A stretch of DNA of 63,690 nt, filler included, from Rhabdomonas costata (GCA_019059605.1; 41 parts of 41 records of this genome joined end to end with filler, not necessarily neighbours in it), one strand, 5' to 3'. Counted from the first letter of the whole stretch, positions 1 through 12,545 are shown. Notes: generated by a model not told the origin, from the letters alone. Made by a program: numbers and translations.

Positions 1-637
1 TTTTATACATAAGTTCTTCTTGAAAGGCATAAACTTCGTCTGCCGAGAAGCTGGATCGTTTATGTGCTTTTCATTCTCTCACAGTCTCGGCCTGCAACAT
101 TACAGTGATGACGGTCTCTGGATCATCAAAGACCTCTCGTCTGCCTCAAGGCGCGGCATGTGGCTCCAGCATTGGTGGCGTGCCCTGTTCTGCTGACTCT
201 GTCTTTCAGGCAAGACGTGTCTGGCTTTCTCCGGCTGTCCCGTCCCTTCGCTGTACCCCAACGTTTCTAAAACCTGCGCCCAGGACCCCTGCTCCGTTTC
301 CGAGTGCTGCGTGGCAAGTGTGTTTGTTTGCAGCTTGAACTCCCACCCCCGCCCTCACCACGGGTTTCTAGCCACAGTGGAAGTTCGTTTTGGTAATGGT
401 AGGCAACAGTCCCCACGTGTGACGGTGGAGCTCTTCTTGACACAGTAGTATTCCGTTCACATCCAAGCTGGTTTCTCTATCGCGCTTTCTTTTTTATGTT
501 TTATGTTTTAGGTTTTTTGTTTTGTGTTTTATGTTTTATGTTTGTGTTTTATGTTTTATACATAAGTTCTTCTTGAAAGGCATAAACTTCGTCTGCCGAG
601 AAGCTGGATCGTTTATGTGCTTTTCATTCTCTCACAG

Positions 638-934
638 TCTCGGCCTGCAACATTACAGTGATGACGGTCTCTGGATCATCGATGCTCTACGGTGGTGTGT
701 ACCTAGTGAGGGGGGTGTATCAGGGCCGGCCGTTTTACTTCCGTGCCGCAGATGCCCTGGTTTCCTGGGATGTATACTTGTTCTACCTTCCCGCGACTGG
801 GTGGTGCTTTTCCTCCATTCTTGGGACACCCTCGTACCCTCAAGTTTTGCAGGATGTCCTCACTCCTGACTTGATAACCCAGCCATGGAGCGTCTCGTAC
901 ACCGACCAAAACTCCATGCGGACGGTCTGTTCAG
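638..934 (+). CDS. Internal exon of an extracellular protein (Cys-flanked 'GxY...GRPxY...YLFY...W' beta module)
   Basis: Acceptor ttttcattctctcacAG and donor TCA G|GTGCGG give a 297-nt, phase 1-1 exon: [35 protein letters not shown]...[15 protein letters not shown]...[10 protein letters not shown]...TVCS. Confidence 0.65.
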
Positions 935-1235
935 GTGCGGTAGGATCCGCCTCTCCTTCTCGTGGCCTTCGCAGGGCTTTGAGTGACCGCAAGCAACCAC
1001 AAGCTAATTTCGGGGGGTCCATAGTTTTTTAATGGCTTTAAGTGCCGTGCTCGAAGACAGACACCATTCAATCCAACAAACTTCTGCTGGCGCTGGTCGG
1101 CCAGGGCATCTGTGATACAGCACCGTGAACTGCGGCACACCCTGAGACAAATACTGCCGAAATCCCCCCACCGAGTGCGTGTGGTCCGCCTCCAGTTTGG
1201 TGTTCTTGCACCAAAACAAAAATGGTGGTGGGCTG

Positions 1236-1303
1236 CCATCCATCCATCCATCCATCCATCCATCCATCCATCCATCCATCCATCTGTCCTTCCTTCCTTC
1301 CTT
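1236..1303. repeat. (CCAT)n followed by (CCTT)n microsatellite
   Basis: Directly visible tandem repeat; it generates the spurious MDGWMDGW ORFs. Confidence 0.97.
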
Positions 1304-1456
1304 CATATGGTTCGGGTGCCGTTAAATGTGACGCATTTTGATGCGAAAGGATGGGATTTGGAAACAGCCGGGAACTCGTTGGGTGTTTTTCACGTGTGCA
1401 CCCTGTTCTTATATGGATATCGGAGCAGTTGGCACACGTGAAAAACACCCAACAAC

Positions 1457-1556
1457 NNNNNNNNNNNNNNNNNNNNNNNNNNNNNNNNNNNNNNNNNNNN
1501 TTAATTAATTAANNNNNNNNNNNNNNNNNNNNNNNNNNNNNNNNNNNNNNNNNNNN
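1457..1556. other. Artificial contig spacer N44-TTAATTAATTAA-N44 (first of 40)
   Basis: The same 100-nt block, with stops in all six frames, recurs every ~1555 nt (3013-3112, 4569-4668, 6125-6224 ... 62137-62236). It separates 41 contigs of 1453-1473 nt. Confidence 0.99.
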
Positions 1557-4500
1557 TGTTGGGGGGGAGGGGCTACGTCTGCACAATTACCCCAAGCCAA
1601 AGCCCACGGGCCCCAACATCGACGGCACCGCAACTCTCTCCCTGGCAACAGCTTGGGGTAATTGTGCAGACGTAGCCCCTCCCCCTCTCTCTCTCAGACA
1701 CGTAGACACGGCATTGCAACCAAGCATTTCTTTTTGGTGGAACTGATCTTGGGGGGTCAGGTCAAACACAATCATCACTGTATCATTGTATTGTGGTGGT
1801 TGACCACTCAAGCAGTGTGAGCGTCATTCATCACCCCGTTTGTGCGGTGTATAGACAGAAAAGAAACACACACGCATACACACGTGAAGGAGAGCGACGA
1901 TGGAAAGAAAAGAAAAGCTGCCCCTAACCAAAGACGCCCGCAGCCTGGGTGCTCGCGCGGAGGGTCCTACAGCTCTGTTGTCAGACGTGGGGTGCCGGCT
2001 TACCAGACAACAGGCCAAGACCCTCCATCTCCCCACGTCAAGTGTCTGGGAGAGAGCGGTGCCGGGTGGAAAGTTGGGGCGTGTTGTTGCTGCCGGAGCG
2101 TATGCATTGCTCGGAGTGTGCCCGCCCCCTCCCTGCCTGAGTGCGTGGGTGATGTAGGTGCGGGGCTTTGGGTAGCCTCAACAGCGTCCCCCTCTTGCTC
2201 CCCGGACCAGGACCGTGAGAGTTCCAGCCGTCGTCCTCCCCGTTGCGTGTGTTTTGGGTGAGTTGCATGCCTGTCGGTGGTGGCTTGGTGTCCTCGCCAG
2301 CAACGCTCTGGGTTGAGGTGTGCTGGTTCTCATTGCCGCCCGAGTGGTGCACACTGGTGCACAGGGGTGAGTTGTGCGTGTGTCGCCGCAGCATGGGCGG
2401 TTCTTTGCACTTCTTCCCTGCATTTTGTGGTGGGAGTGGAGCGGGCGTGCCAAAAGCATGCACCACACTCCGACAAGTGTTTCTCGCCCCAGTGTTGGGC
2501 GCCGGTTGGGGAGGACACAGAGTTTGTTTCGCGCGTTTTGTACGTAAGCCTGGGACAGGGCCGAACACACGAAGCAGGAGAACCCAGAGCCTGCACCCCA
2601 ACGGCGAAAGAGAAGGCGACAGCAGTGGCGAACCCAAACGGGCACCAACCACAAATGGATGGCAAACGTACTCCGGCGTCACCTTCTCAATGAATTACCG
2701 CCCACATCACTCGTCCACAGACACCACTGGGCGTACAAGAAAGCGGGTGGGGTTGGTCCTGTCTCTTTTCCGCCCGCGCGCTCCGGTGTCTCAGAGGAGG
2801 TAACTGGCACCCTCAGTAATCACCATTACCGGCCTTGCGTGCTTTCCAGTCGTATTCGTTTCCTAAATCATTCGTCATCCAGGGGTGGCCGCCGTTTTCG
2901 CAACCTGGGCTATCCCGAAGAAGGCGTGTGTCTGGGGATTTTGCATACTAGGCGTCTGGGACCTCGTGATGAACCTTAAGTCGAGCGGAATCCTTCCCGG
3001 CACCACCACACCNNNNNNNNNNNNNNNNNNNNNNNNNNNNNNNNNNNNNNNNNNNNTTAATTAATTAANNNNNNNNNNNNNNNNNNNNNNNNNNNNNNNN
3101 NNNNNNNNNNNNGGTTTGGGGGCGCAGGATCCCGCCCCCTTGGAAGTGGGGTGAATGGGAGCGATCGAACACATCCGGGTCCTTTAAAAAAACCTACCTT
3201 TTCAACTCCAACCATCTCAACCCAACCAGTTTGTTTGTAGATTTTAGTCAAGGGCAGCTTTTCCTCGTTTTGTGGAGTCCTCCAAAACAGCAGCAGGCAA
3301 CTGCAAGCGGGAAACAAAAAGCAGCAAGATATATCAACTCTTCATCCTGCAAACCATCCATCCATCCATCCATCATCCATCCGTCCGTCCGTCAATCATT
3401 ACGTTCTCCTTGTCGCTTCATCACCTGCCTTTCAATCCGCCTCCACAATTTATCCATCAAACGATTAATAATATTCAACGCTTTTCCCGCGCCTTCCCAT
3501 TACTCCCAGAATCTGAACCTTCCTTTCACCTCCATTGCCCTTCCCAGAGAGAAAATGAGTTGTGATCATTACTGGCAAATTTATGATCTCTTTGCCGTCT
3601 CGCAAGGAGTTAGAGTGGATGCACGAGCCCCAGGTAAGAATTTTGATTCCGCCAAAAGTGCTGCAGCGATACAGCGTTCTTCGCTGATAGTCACACACTC
3701 CAACCTAATAATGCGGATTTTCCATTCAGAATTGCAAAATGCGGAAGAGAAGTGAATGAAGACCTGGACCCATTCCAACAATAAAAGGACACGGCACGGC
3801 CCTGCTCACTGCATTTCACGGGACATTACTGCAACTTTTGCAACTATTAAGGGATAATTCCGAACAAGAACGATAACCGCTGAAAACCAAACTAACTGCT
3901 ACAAACAAACTGGTTGGGTTGAGATGGTTGGAGTTGAAAAGGTAGGTTTTTTTAAAGGACCCGGATGTGTTCGATCGCTCCCATTCACCCCACTTCCAAG
4001 GGGGCGGGATCCTGCGCTCCCAAGTCCCCTAACCCCCTTGCGCTTGCTTACGAGTACCGATGGTAAACATGATTATCACACAATCTTGAAAACCAGCTAC
4101 ACTTCCGATCAAGTGACCTGCACTTGGTTCAAATATGAATTTTGGGTTCTTGTCACGATACTGCACCCCCTTTGCGAGGAGTCACAATACTGCACCCCTC
4201 CCCGCGAGGCGCACCGTAGCGCAATCCAAATAAGGAGGGGGACCAGGTTAGGTGGCGATGCACGTGCACCTGTCGTCACTCCTCGCCGGAGGGTGGGTCC
4301 AGTATCGCGACTCCTGGGGAGGGTGGCGCAGAATTGTGACAATTGCCTGATTTTGAATGCATGAAGCCGAGTCGGGCGTCGGTAGTATTATGCCCATAGT
4401 GCAGGTTCGTCCCATTAGGGGGGGGGGGCAATAGTGCAACCGTAAAATATTGCCCCCCATTAATATTTTACGGTTGCACTATTGTTGCTGTTGTGGATTT

Positions 4501-6224
4501 CTATAAATGTGTAAGTAGTTTTCTATAAATGTTCTAGCTTTGGTTCACTTTTCCTTTTCATGATGCGANNNNNNNNNNNNNNNNNNNNNNNNNNNNNNNN
4601 NNNNNNNNNNNNTTAATTAATTAANNNNNNNNNNNNNNNNNNNNNNNNNNNNNNNNNNNNNNNNNNNNTTTGTTGTGTTCTGTTGAACTTTTGTTCACAC
4701 CACGGAAACAAAACCTAGCCTGCAAGCTCTGCTTGCAAGGACTGGCAAGTGACGTGGAGTGAACAAAAGTTCAACAGAAGTCAACAAAACAAAAAAAAAG
4801 AGACAGTGCGCGCGAATGCACAACAAATGGCACGAATACTGCCGGGCGAGGGAGAAAAAAAACGCCTTTTCAGGAACTCAGGGGCCGAGTTGAAACTGCT
4901 GCCTTGGGCAAAGGGGTTTGAAACTCGACCATGGTGACCGCCGAGGAAAGCTTGGGTGCTATTTTACAGGGGACAGAAGCGAGCCGGGAGTTCATGGTTT
5001 CTTCGCCGGGGGCTTGCCTTGTGAGAGCAATCGGGACACTCAGCTTTCTGCTGGAGACAGAAGAGGACACCTCACGGCTCAGCCGAGGGAGAGCACATCG
5101 CTCGGGGACCTTTCCTGAAGCGCGGAGAAAAATCTGCTGCTGCACAATTCTACAGACACCAATGTCACCCTCCGATCTCATCTTGTGGCCTTGAGGTCTT
5201 CCAGTTCGGCGCACTCTCCAGATTCTGCAGAAGTAATCTGCTTAATTTTCCGATGAAGACATTCCTCGGTTGCAATATGCAGCAAGGAGAGAGAGGTGCG
5301 ACAATTGAGGAACTTACCCGGGATATCTGCAAGAGAATGGAAGGGCCCCCTCTTCACCGCAACTCCGCATTCAGGGGGCGCGACAGTCACTGGAGGCAAC
5401 AGGGTAGCTGGCGGAACCATCGGAGGTACCTGAAGCAGCGAAACACCGAAAGCGGTGAGCAGCGCTTGACTTGAATCACACCTGTTTAACAGGGTAGGCA
5501 GAAAGTATGCACCAAAGCTCGCGAAAAGGAAATAATTGTACACACTCACCCCAGGGCTCGGGAGAAACTTCTCGTCGCCCTCCTTCAGGTGTTGTGGGCG
5601 GAAACCGTCATGGCTTCGCAGCAAATCCTACACCCACCCGACAACCCGAAAGCGGTAAATTCCATTTTAAATGCTCACCAATCCACTTACTCAGTAAGCC
5701 AACTCGTCCTAGAAAGCTTTTTCCTTTTTAAAAAGCAAATCCTTACCAGCCGAAAAACGGGCTTCAGGGGCCGAAATTCAAATGCCTTCAAAGAAAAGAT
5801 GGCATACGTTCAGCAGTGAACCTTTTTCTAGGGGACACGTGCATCGCTTCCTAACTCCCGGCGAGATCAAATATTACAATATTCACTGGAAATGTCCATT
5901 GCGAATGTGCTCCATCAACGAAAGAAAGGGGTCCTTGCCATCCAAGTTTACTCTCCACTGCAACTCCTCCATATCAGGGTCACCTATCACTCTAGCACAC
6001 CAGGAAGCCTCATAGTTCATAACACATTGCCGAAACCGACCACTCCAGTCAGCAACAGTAGCGCGACCATGGCCCAGCATGTGCTCCGCCCTTAGCCCAG
6101 CACAGTCATGAGCCCACAAAAAACNNNNNNNNNNNNNNNNNNNNNNNNNNNNNNNNNNNNNNNNNNNNTTAATTAATTAANNNNNNNNNNNNNNNNNNNN
6201 NNNNNNNNNNNNNNNNNNNNNNNN

Positions 6225-6340
6225 TGTTTGTTTGTTTGTTTGTTTGTTTGTTTGTTTGTTTGTTTGTTTGTTTGTTTGTTTGTTTGTTTGTTTGTTTGTT
6301 TGTTTGTTTGTTTGTTTGTTTGTTTGTTTGTTTGTTTGTT
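6225..6340. repeat. (GTTT)n microsatellite at a contig start
   Basis: Perfect GTTT array of about 116 nt. Confidence 0.98.
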
Positions 6341-6691
6341 CGCGTTCGCATCATCTTCGAGCTCCACCGCGGTCCCTTCCCTTTTCCGCAGTCCTCGCGT
6401 ATTTTGTGTTTCTTGTGAGTCTTCTGTTAGCTAGCGGAATTAGTGAGCCTTGGCGGGTTCCCGCCTTCCGGCCTTTGGCATTTACCAAGCTCGCAGTGAT
6501 TAAGGGCCGGGGGTGCGACGACCCAAAGCGAGCTTTCAAAAAAAAATGAAAAAAAACAAGCCCCCACAAAAAATGTTGAAAATTGGTTTGCCATGCTGAA
6601 GAAACCGCAAATATAAGGAAAGTATTCATAGTTAGTTTTTCTTTAATTCTTTTGTTTCATCTGATTTTGAGTTTCTCGTTCACTGTTCTGA

Positions 6692-6749
6692 CATTTGAGG
6701 GCGAAGCCGAAGCAGGCCCGGGGTCTTTTGTTTTTACAGTGGGCCTCCC
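6692..6749 (-). repeat. Interspersed repeat, copy in contig 5
   Basis: Reverse complement aligns to 28491-28549 with about 10 differences in 58 nt, counted by eye. Confidence 0.8.
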
Positions 6750-6927
6750 TCTACTTTTTTTTTCTACCTTTACGGGTAGTACGCCAAGAAAAGGCGCATT
6801 CCGGCCAAAACGGCAACCTTAAGACGTAATCTTTCCTTGATCCTGCACGTTTTGCAATTGCACATTTTCCGGTGTGTTCTGCCGACGCATTGACTGTGTT
6901 GACTGTGTGTCCTCGTTTTTCTCACAG

Positions 6928-7004
6928 CGCAATTGCTCAGCTCATTCTGAGCCAAGGTGTTGACCGGATTGTGACAGTGGATCTTCACTGCGGACAGATT
7001 CAAG
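6928..7004 (+). CDS. PRS: Ribose-phosphate pyrophosphokinase (PRPP synthetase), single internal exon
   Basis: ctcacAG|C GCA ATT ... CAA G|GTGTGA translates to AIAQLILSQGVDRIVTVDLHCGQIQG, the PRPS signature D-L-H-x-x-Q-I-Q-G. Not in the ORF track because it is too short. Confidence 0.9.
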
Positions 7005-7795
7005 GTGTGAGTTATCGAGTGTGAAGGAAAGTGGATATCGAAGTTAACATCGAACTTGATTGGGTGTGCTTGCATGAATTGTCCACAGACAAGCGAATAC
7101 CTACCATTTTAGCTACCTACCCTACCTTTCCTATTCAACTCCTTTCCTAAAGGGCCCCTTTATGGCAACGGCTTCAGTATTTTTACAGCGGTGCTCTTCG
7201 ATTTCAAAAGTGAAAAGGGCTGGTTGCATGTTTAGTGCCGATCAGCCGTTGGAAACCCAGGTGCGCCACCGCGCCGTGCAGTTTAGGGTTTAGCATAAGG
7301 TTTGTTGTTCCAAGATACTTGTTCCCAAGGTCCCAGGTTCTAGTGCAGTGTAGTCTCCCAAAAAGCCTTCCCGAGGTGAATTTATTTGGTTTTCTTCGAA
7401 AACTTTTTTCCCATCCACCCCGTTGTGGGAAAGGCAGAAAAACTGTCCACATGACCTTCACTGGGAAACGACACCCTCAACATCATCCAACTTGGTGCCA
7501 GAAGCGTGGTATGACGGAGGCGTGTGCAGAAGGTCGGGTAAGCACGTCAAGGTGGGTTGAACGTAGAAAGAGAAGCGGGAGAGGGAGCTGGTGAACAAGT
7601 ATCTTGGAACAACAAACCTTATGCTAAACCCTAAACTGCACGGCGCGGTGGCGCACCTGGGTTTCCAACGGCTGATCGGCACTAAACATACAANNNNNNN
7701 NNNNNNNNNNNNNNNNNNNNNNNNNNNNNNNNNNNNNTTAATTAATTAANNNNNNNNNNNNNNNNNNNNNNNNNNNNNNNNNNNNNNNNNNNNGT

Positions 7796-8687
7796 GGGTG
7801 CGGGGTATTCACCGCGTTCAGCGACGTATGGCGGAGCTCCGACCCCTTGCGGGGCACGTGGAGCAAAGTGGTTGAGCGAGCGCCGTTTACGCCGCGGTGC
7901 GGAATGGGAATCACGACGTTCCAGGGCCGAATCTGGATCGCCGGTGGAACGGTGCAGTCGAACGTGCAGTCGCTCTCCGACGTGCGTGTTCACGCGTTTC
8001 CAACGGACCAACGGACACTCTTATTTGTTTTTTGTGGACCGCGTACGCTTTTTCTGATTCACCCCTTCTTCCTGCACACCGACGTACTTTTTGACTTTTT
8101 ATTCCCCCGGAACGCTTTTTTCGTACCTGGTTTGTTTTGTCTGATGGACCAGGTCTATGACGGTCCATTTTCTGGGGTGTATTCAACCCGCTGTTCAGCT
8201 TTCGGATCTCTGCAGGGGGTCACACTTTTGGTCTTCTTAGCATACTTAGTGCTGGTAGAGCCCAGGAGATGGGAGTAGAATGCTCTTGGGCATTTTTAGG
8301 CCGTCTTTCCGCATACTGAGCATGGTTTGCGATCCTCCTTGCCATCCTCCTTGCCCTTCAATGGCGCACCAATTCCTAGCCAGGACCACTCAATCACAGT
8401 ACCCAGCGTTTGGGCGGTGTCTCGGAGCGTGTGCTCTTACGCTTGTTTCACAAACCCCTTCTGGGGTGTTCACGGTACTCAAGTTCCACCTAACGGATGT
8501 GCTGTTCAGACAGAACCACTCCCGTCACATCCGCAACCGAAAGGTTTGGAGCACTGCGGATGGGCATCAGTGGAGCCTGACCGTGGCCGCAGCCCCTTTC
8601 TCCAGCCGCTCCGCGATGGCGCTGCAGCCGTTTCAGGGGCAGCTCTTTCTGCTGGGGGGGTTCACCGCCGAAGGGCCATCTGCGGAG
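7796..8687 (+). CDS. Kelch/beta-propeller repeat protein (DVWxSxDGxxW type), two exons
   Basis: Exons ~7796-7981 and 8544-8687 join in phase 0 across a GT-AG intron: SDVWRSSDPLRGTWSKVVERAPFTPRCGMGITTFQGRIWIAGG...SD|VWSTADGHQWSLTVAAAPFSSRSAMALQPFQGQLFLLGG. Confidence 0.85.
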
Positions 8688-9349
8688 GTCTTGACCGGTG
8701 TTGGATTTTGGCAAGTCGGCCTTGGCGCCCTTGTGCTGCAAAGGAAAAACAATGATTGTAAGGGCATATACAGAAGAAACAGCTTGGCTCCTTTTCTAGG
8801 CGTAACCACCCAGGTCTCCCTGTGTGTTAAGGCTAGCGACCATCGGTTCAATTGAAGTGGGCAATGCTGATGGCCAAACATGAACGTACACAATCCCCGG
8901 ACATCCAATATAACAGCAGTCGTTCACTCCTCAGTTAAAACCCCTGGGAAGAGACCCACTTTGTGCTGCGAAACTACCCAAAAACAACCTGCTCTTCCTC
9001 TTCATATCCAAATTTAAAACGATGATTTACTAAGAGCTGCATTTTTGTTTGCGTGGTACGTTCTCGTTAATGAGGGATCAGTTCCGAAGTGTGTGACCAT
9101 CAACTTGGACAAACGAAGCTTTGGAATGTCTGAAGAATGCTGAAGATGATTTATTCGAGCGAGAAACCTCAGCTGAAAAGGTGAAGGGGGAGCAAAAAAA
9201 AGGATTGCCTTTTGTCGCAGGTTAACACAACCCCCAAACACCCCAACACNNNNNNNNNNNNNNNNNNNNNNNNNNNNNNNNNNNNNNNNNNNNTTAATTA
9301 ATTAANNNNNNNNNNNNNNNNNNNNNNNNNNNNNNNNNNNNNNNNNNNN

Positions 9350-10500
9350 GTGTGGTGGGTCCTTGTTGCTAGTTTCGTGGGTACGTTGGTGTGGTCCATG
9401 GGTGGTTCTGCGTCTGTGTCGGTCTCCTGTTCGGGGTGTAGCATGGCTATGGGTTGCTGCGTTGTGTGTGCTTGTTGTGTACTGTTGTGTTCGTGCCTTG
9501 TGTGTCAGGATGTTGGGTTCGGGTGTCAGGGTCAGGCTGTTGGGGTTGGTGCGTAGGGTTACTGCTTGGTGTTACTGTGCTTGTGCTTGTTCTTGTTACG
9601 CGTAGGGTGTGTTGTTCCTGTTGTAGGGTGTGTTGTAGGGTCTGTCGTAGGGTGTGTCGTAGGGTGTGTCGTAGGGCTTATGTTGTGCTGTGGATGTCAA
9701 GGGCTAATGTTGTGCTGGGGTCAGGGTTCAGGGCTAATGTTGTGCTGGGGTCAGGTGCTTGGGCTAATCTCGTGCTGGGCTAATCTCATGTTGTTGTTCT
9801 TATGCTTAGTGTTACGCGTTACGTTAGTGTTACTGTTAGTGTTCCTGTTACTGTGCGTAGGTTTAGGCTTAACGTTCCTGTTACTGTGGTTGTTGGTTCT
9901 TACCGTTACCGTTACTGTTGTTGTTGTTGTGCGTAGGATGATGGCTTGTTGTGTTGAGGCGAAGGGTTAGCGTGGTGTCGTGTTGGTCGAAGCGTCGTTA
10001 CAGTTAGGTCCGAGGGGTTGTGTTGTCATGCCTTGTGTTAGTGCTTGTCCTGTGGTGTGTTTGTGTCAACGTATCGGTAAGGGCTGTGTGTGTTTCCGTC
10101 TCAGAGGGTGTGATGTCGGAGGGTGTGTGAGGAGTTGTGTGAGGATGTCTGGTGGTTCCAAGTGCTGTCTCAGTGGTTGTGTGTAAGGGGTGTTTCATGC
10201 TACGCTTAGTGAGTGCTTGTGTCTGTCAACGTGTGGTGAGAGGGGTGTTGGTGTGGTGTGAGGGATGCAAGGATGGTACCATGGCTGCTGATGTTCCTGT
10301 TTCTACGCGTATCTGTGACGGTTGGTGAGTTGGAGGGTGTCTGGAGGGGTGTAGGGTGATGTCTTTCTGTGTCCATGGCTGTAGTAGGGTGGTGTGTAAG
10401 GGGGTATTCCTAAGACGTATGAGTAAGGGTGTAGGGATGTGAGAGGGTTTAGAGGTGAGTTGAGGGGTTCTAGGGATGCTGAGGGGTTGAGGGTGTATTG
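9350..10500. repeat. Strongly G/T-skewed low-complexity tract with short tandem repeats
   Basis: A GTAGGGTGTGTY 12-mer repeats about 5 times at 9623-9676, and GGGCTAATGTTGTGCTGGGGTCAGG recurs with ~30-nt period at ~9701-9755. The + strand is depleted in A and C. Confidence 0.8.
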
Positions 10501-11190
10501 GAGTTGATGTTGCTACCTGCGGTGCCTTGACCTCTATTCCGGCATGATCCCCTACCTGACTCATACCTACTATCGTGCACCGCTCCACTGGGCCGCGGGC
10601 CAAGGCATCCAGAAAAAGACCTGTTGTGAGCATCCAAGAAAATACGAACTGATACCAAGGGTCCCCTGCATCGACTCCCGACCCCTTGCAAGGTTCCTAC
10701 TGGAATCCCTGGGAACATGTCAATCACCCTCTACTCCCTGGAAAACGTCCAAATGAAATCCCAGGGGTTACGTGCATTGCCACTTAACCCCCTGCAAAAC
10801 CCCACANNNNNNNNNNNNNNNNNNNNNNNNNNNNNNNNNNNNNNNNNNNNTTAATTAATTAANNNNNNNNNNNNNNNNNNNNNNNNNNNNNNNNNNNNNN
10901 NNNNNNGTGTGTGTGGTGGTTTGTTGGGTGTGTTAGGTGTTTTTTGTTCTTAAAATCCACGGAAAGTACGGTGACGAAGCATCATGCAGTCACTGCAATT
11001 TGAGGCGGAGAGAACGAGGGAGTTGCCTACAATATCCTCTTTAGTAACCTTTTATAGTAACCTTTGCTAACACTCCGCGCTCTTCTTGCTGTGCTGACGT
11101 TCTTCTGCCTCTGAGCTGGCTCTTGGACCTGTTTCTAAGCAATCGTAGGTGGCAGTGAGGCCAGGGAATGCCCTGCGCGGTGTCTTCCAG

Positions 11191-11406
11191 GAGAGGGTTC
11201 TGACCGCATGGAGCAGCTTTGGGTACTTCGCGGCTGGAGTGGCGGGGCGTCCGGCGATGCTCGTCACGGACCTCCCGGGGACCCCCGTGGTGGCGCCCGC
11301 AGGACAAGAGCAGCTTTACATGGGCGTCCCCCACAAGAGCGATCGCCGCCGGCAGTGCGTCAGGCTGCCCACCTCGCAGCCCTGCTTCCACAAATTCATG
11401 TCTTGG
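11191..11406 (+). CDS. GT37-like (xyloglucan fucosyltransferase family) C-terminal exon
   Basis: ERVLTAWSSFGYFAAGVAGRPAMLV...QCVRLPTSQPCFHKF matches the GT37 pattern LVTSxWSTFGYVAxGLxG...CxRxxSxEPCFH. The acceptor is at 11190 (alternatively 11148); the donor is TGG|GTCTG. Confidence 0.7.
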
Positions 11407-12545
11407 GTCTGCTTCTGTGTCTGTGCGGGTGCCCGCCGTTGCCTTTTTTACCGGACCAATCAGGTTGTGCAATTTGTCAGTGTCGTTTTTTGTAGACTCA
11501 ACTGGTCCAATTTATCTGCAACAGCTTTCAGCAAGCCTACAATACTCTCTTCTTGTCCGCGCGTGAGCACAACACGTGGATAGACTTGGTTAAGAGCAAA
11601 AGCTCTCACAAGCGCCAACTACCTCAAAAAAGCACGAGAGGAGCCGCCTAGCTTTTGAAATATCTCTCGAGGACGAAAGAGCGGGCGCTGCTCTGCTTAT
11701 GGGGGGCCTTCGTTACGCACAGACGGAGGCCGCGTGCTTGCATCCCTTCCTTTCTGTCTTTTCGCCTTTTTGACAAAAGGGTGCTGACAAGTCCTCGTGC
11801 TTCCGCACGGAATGGGTGGCGGCAGAAATGCTCAATGGGCGATATTGTTGAGCCACCCACCCACTGGTGGTGGGTGGTGGGGTCCCGATCCCATGAGGAA
11901 ATCTTTCGGCATGGGATCGGGACCCACACCTCCCCACACCTCCCGCTGTGGGTCCCTCAGCCCACCTCATTGGGTTTAACCAGGCGAGTGGGGAACAGGA
12001 ATATAGAAAAGTGAGGTGTGCATGCTGGACTCGTTCACACGCCATTACGAGACAAGATCCTGGAGTGTTCGAAATCCGCTGGAAGTGAGATCATTGTGCA
12101 GCCGACGTGGGTGGGCGCATGCGCATCTGATCTGTTTTTAGGAAGGAATGCGAGTCGCAAACAAGGTGGGATTGGGAACATACGCTTAGCATGCACACCA
12201 AGCGACTTTTGTATTGTATATATGATCGAAAATGAGGGTTCGGGAATGGGAAATTCTGAAGTGAAGTTTCTAATGGATGCTGACATGGAGGAATCTGTAA
12301 AAAAATGCGGTGCCATGTCTATTTTCCATTAGAAACTTCATTTCAGAATTTCCCACCCCCTCNNNNNNNNNNNNNNNNNNNNNNNNNNNNNNNNNNNNNN
12401 NNNNNNTTAATTAATTAANNNNNNNNNNNNNNNNNNNNNNNNNNNNNNNNNNNNNNNNNNNNGGGGGGGTGGGGAGCCCAGGGTTCGGGGCTCGGCTGGT
12501 GTTTCCCTTCACACGTTTGGCACGGACATGCGTGTGCTGTCGCAG

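Noticed and set aside
1..127. 127-nt exact direct repeat of 554-680 as an LTR or duplicated exon
   Set aside because: It is identical, sits at a contig end and breaks mid-exon: an amplification or assembly chimera. The same applies to 56030-56093 versus 56145-56209.
1501..1512. Regularly spaced TTAATTAATTAA as a CRISPR-like or biological repeat
   Set aside because: It is always centred in Ns with fixed geometry; it is a concatenation linker.
1557..3012. Uniform ~1.45-kb units with G/T-rich starts and C/A-rich ends as nanochromosomes or minicircles
   Set aside because: The ends share no repeat unit and cut through exons; size sorting plus WGA primers explain the pattern.
3113..3240. Inverted repeat with 3899-4026 as transposon TIRs
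   Set aside because: One arm is the contig terminus with primer-overwritten bases, so it is a fold-back chimera. Likewise 1563-1597, 4669-4704 and 12326-12357.
6169..6549. TNKQ and FVCL repeat ORFs
   Set aside because: They are translations of the (GTTT)n microsatellite.
7594..7693. Inverted copy of ~7226-7325 giving duplicate MPISRWKPR ORFs
   Set aside because: Terminal fold-back chimera with no coding signal.
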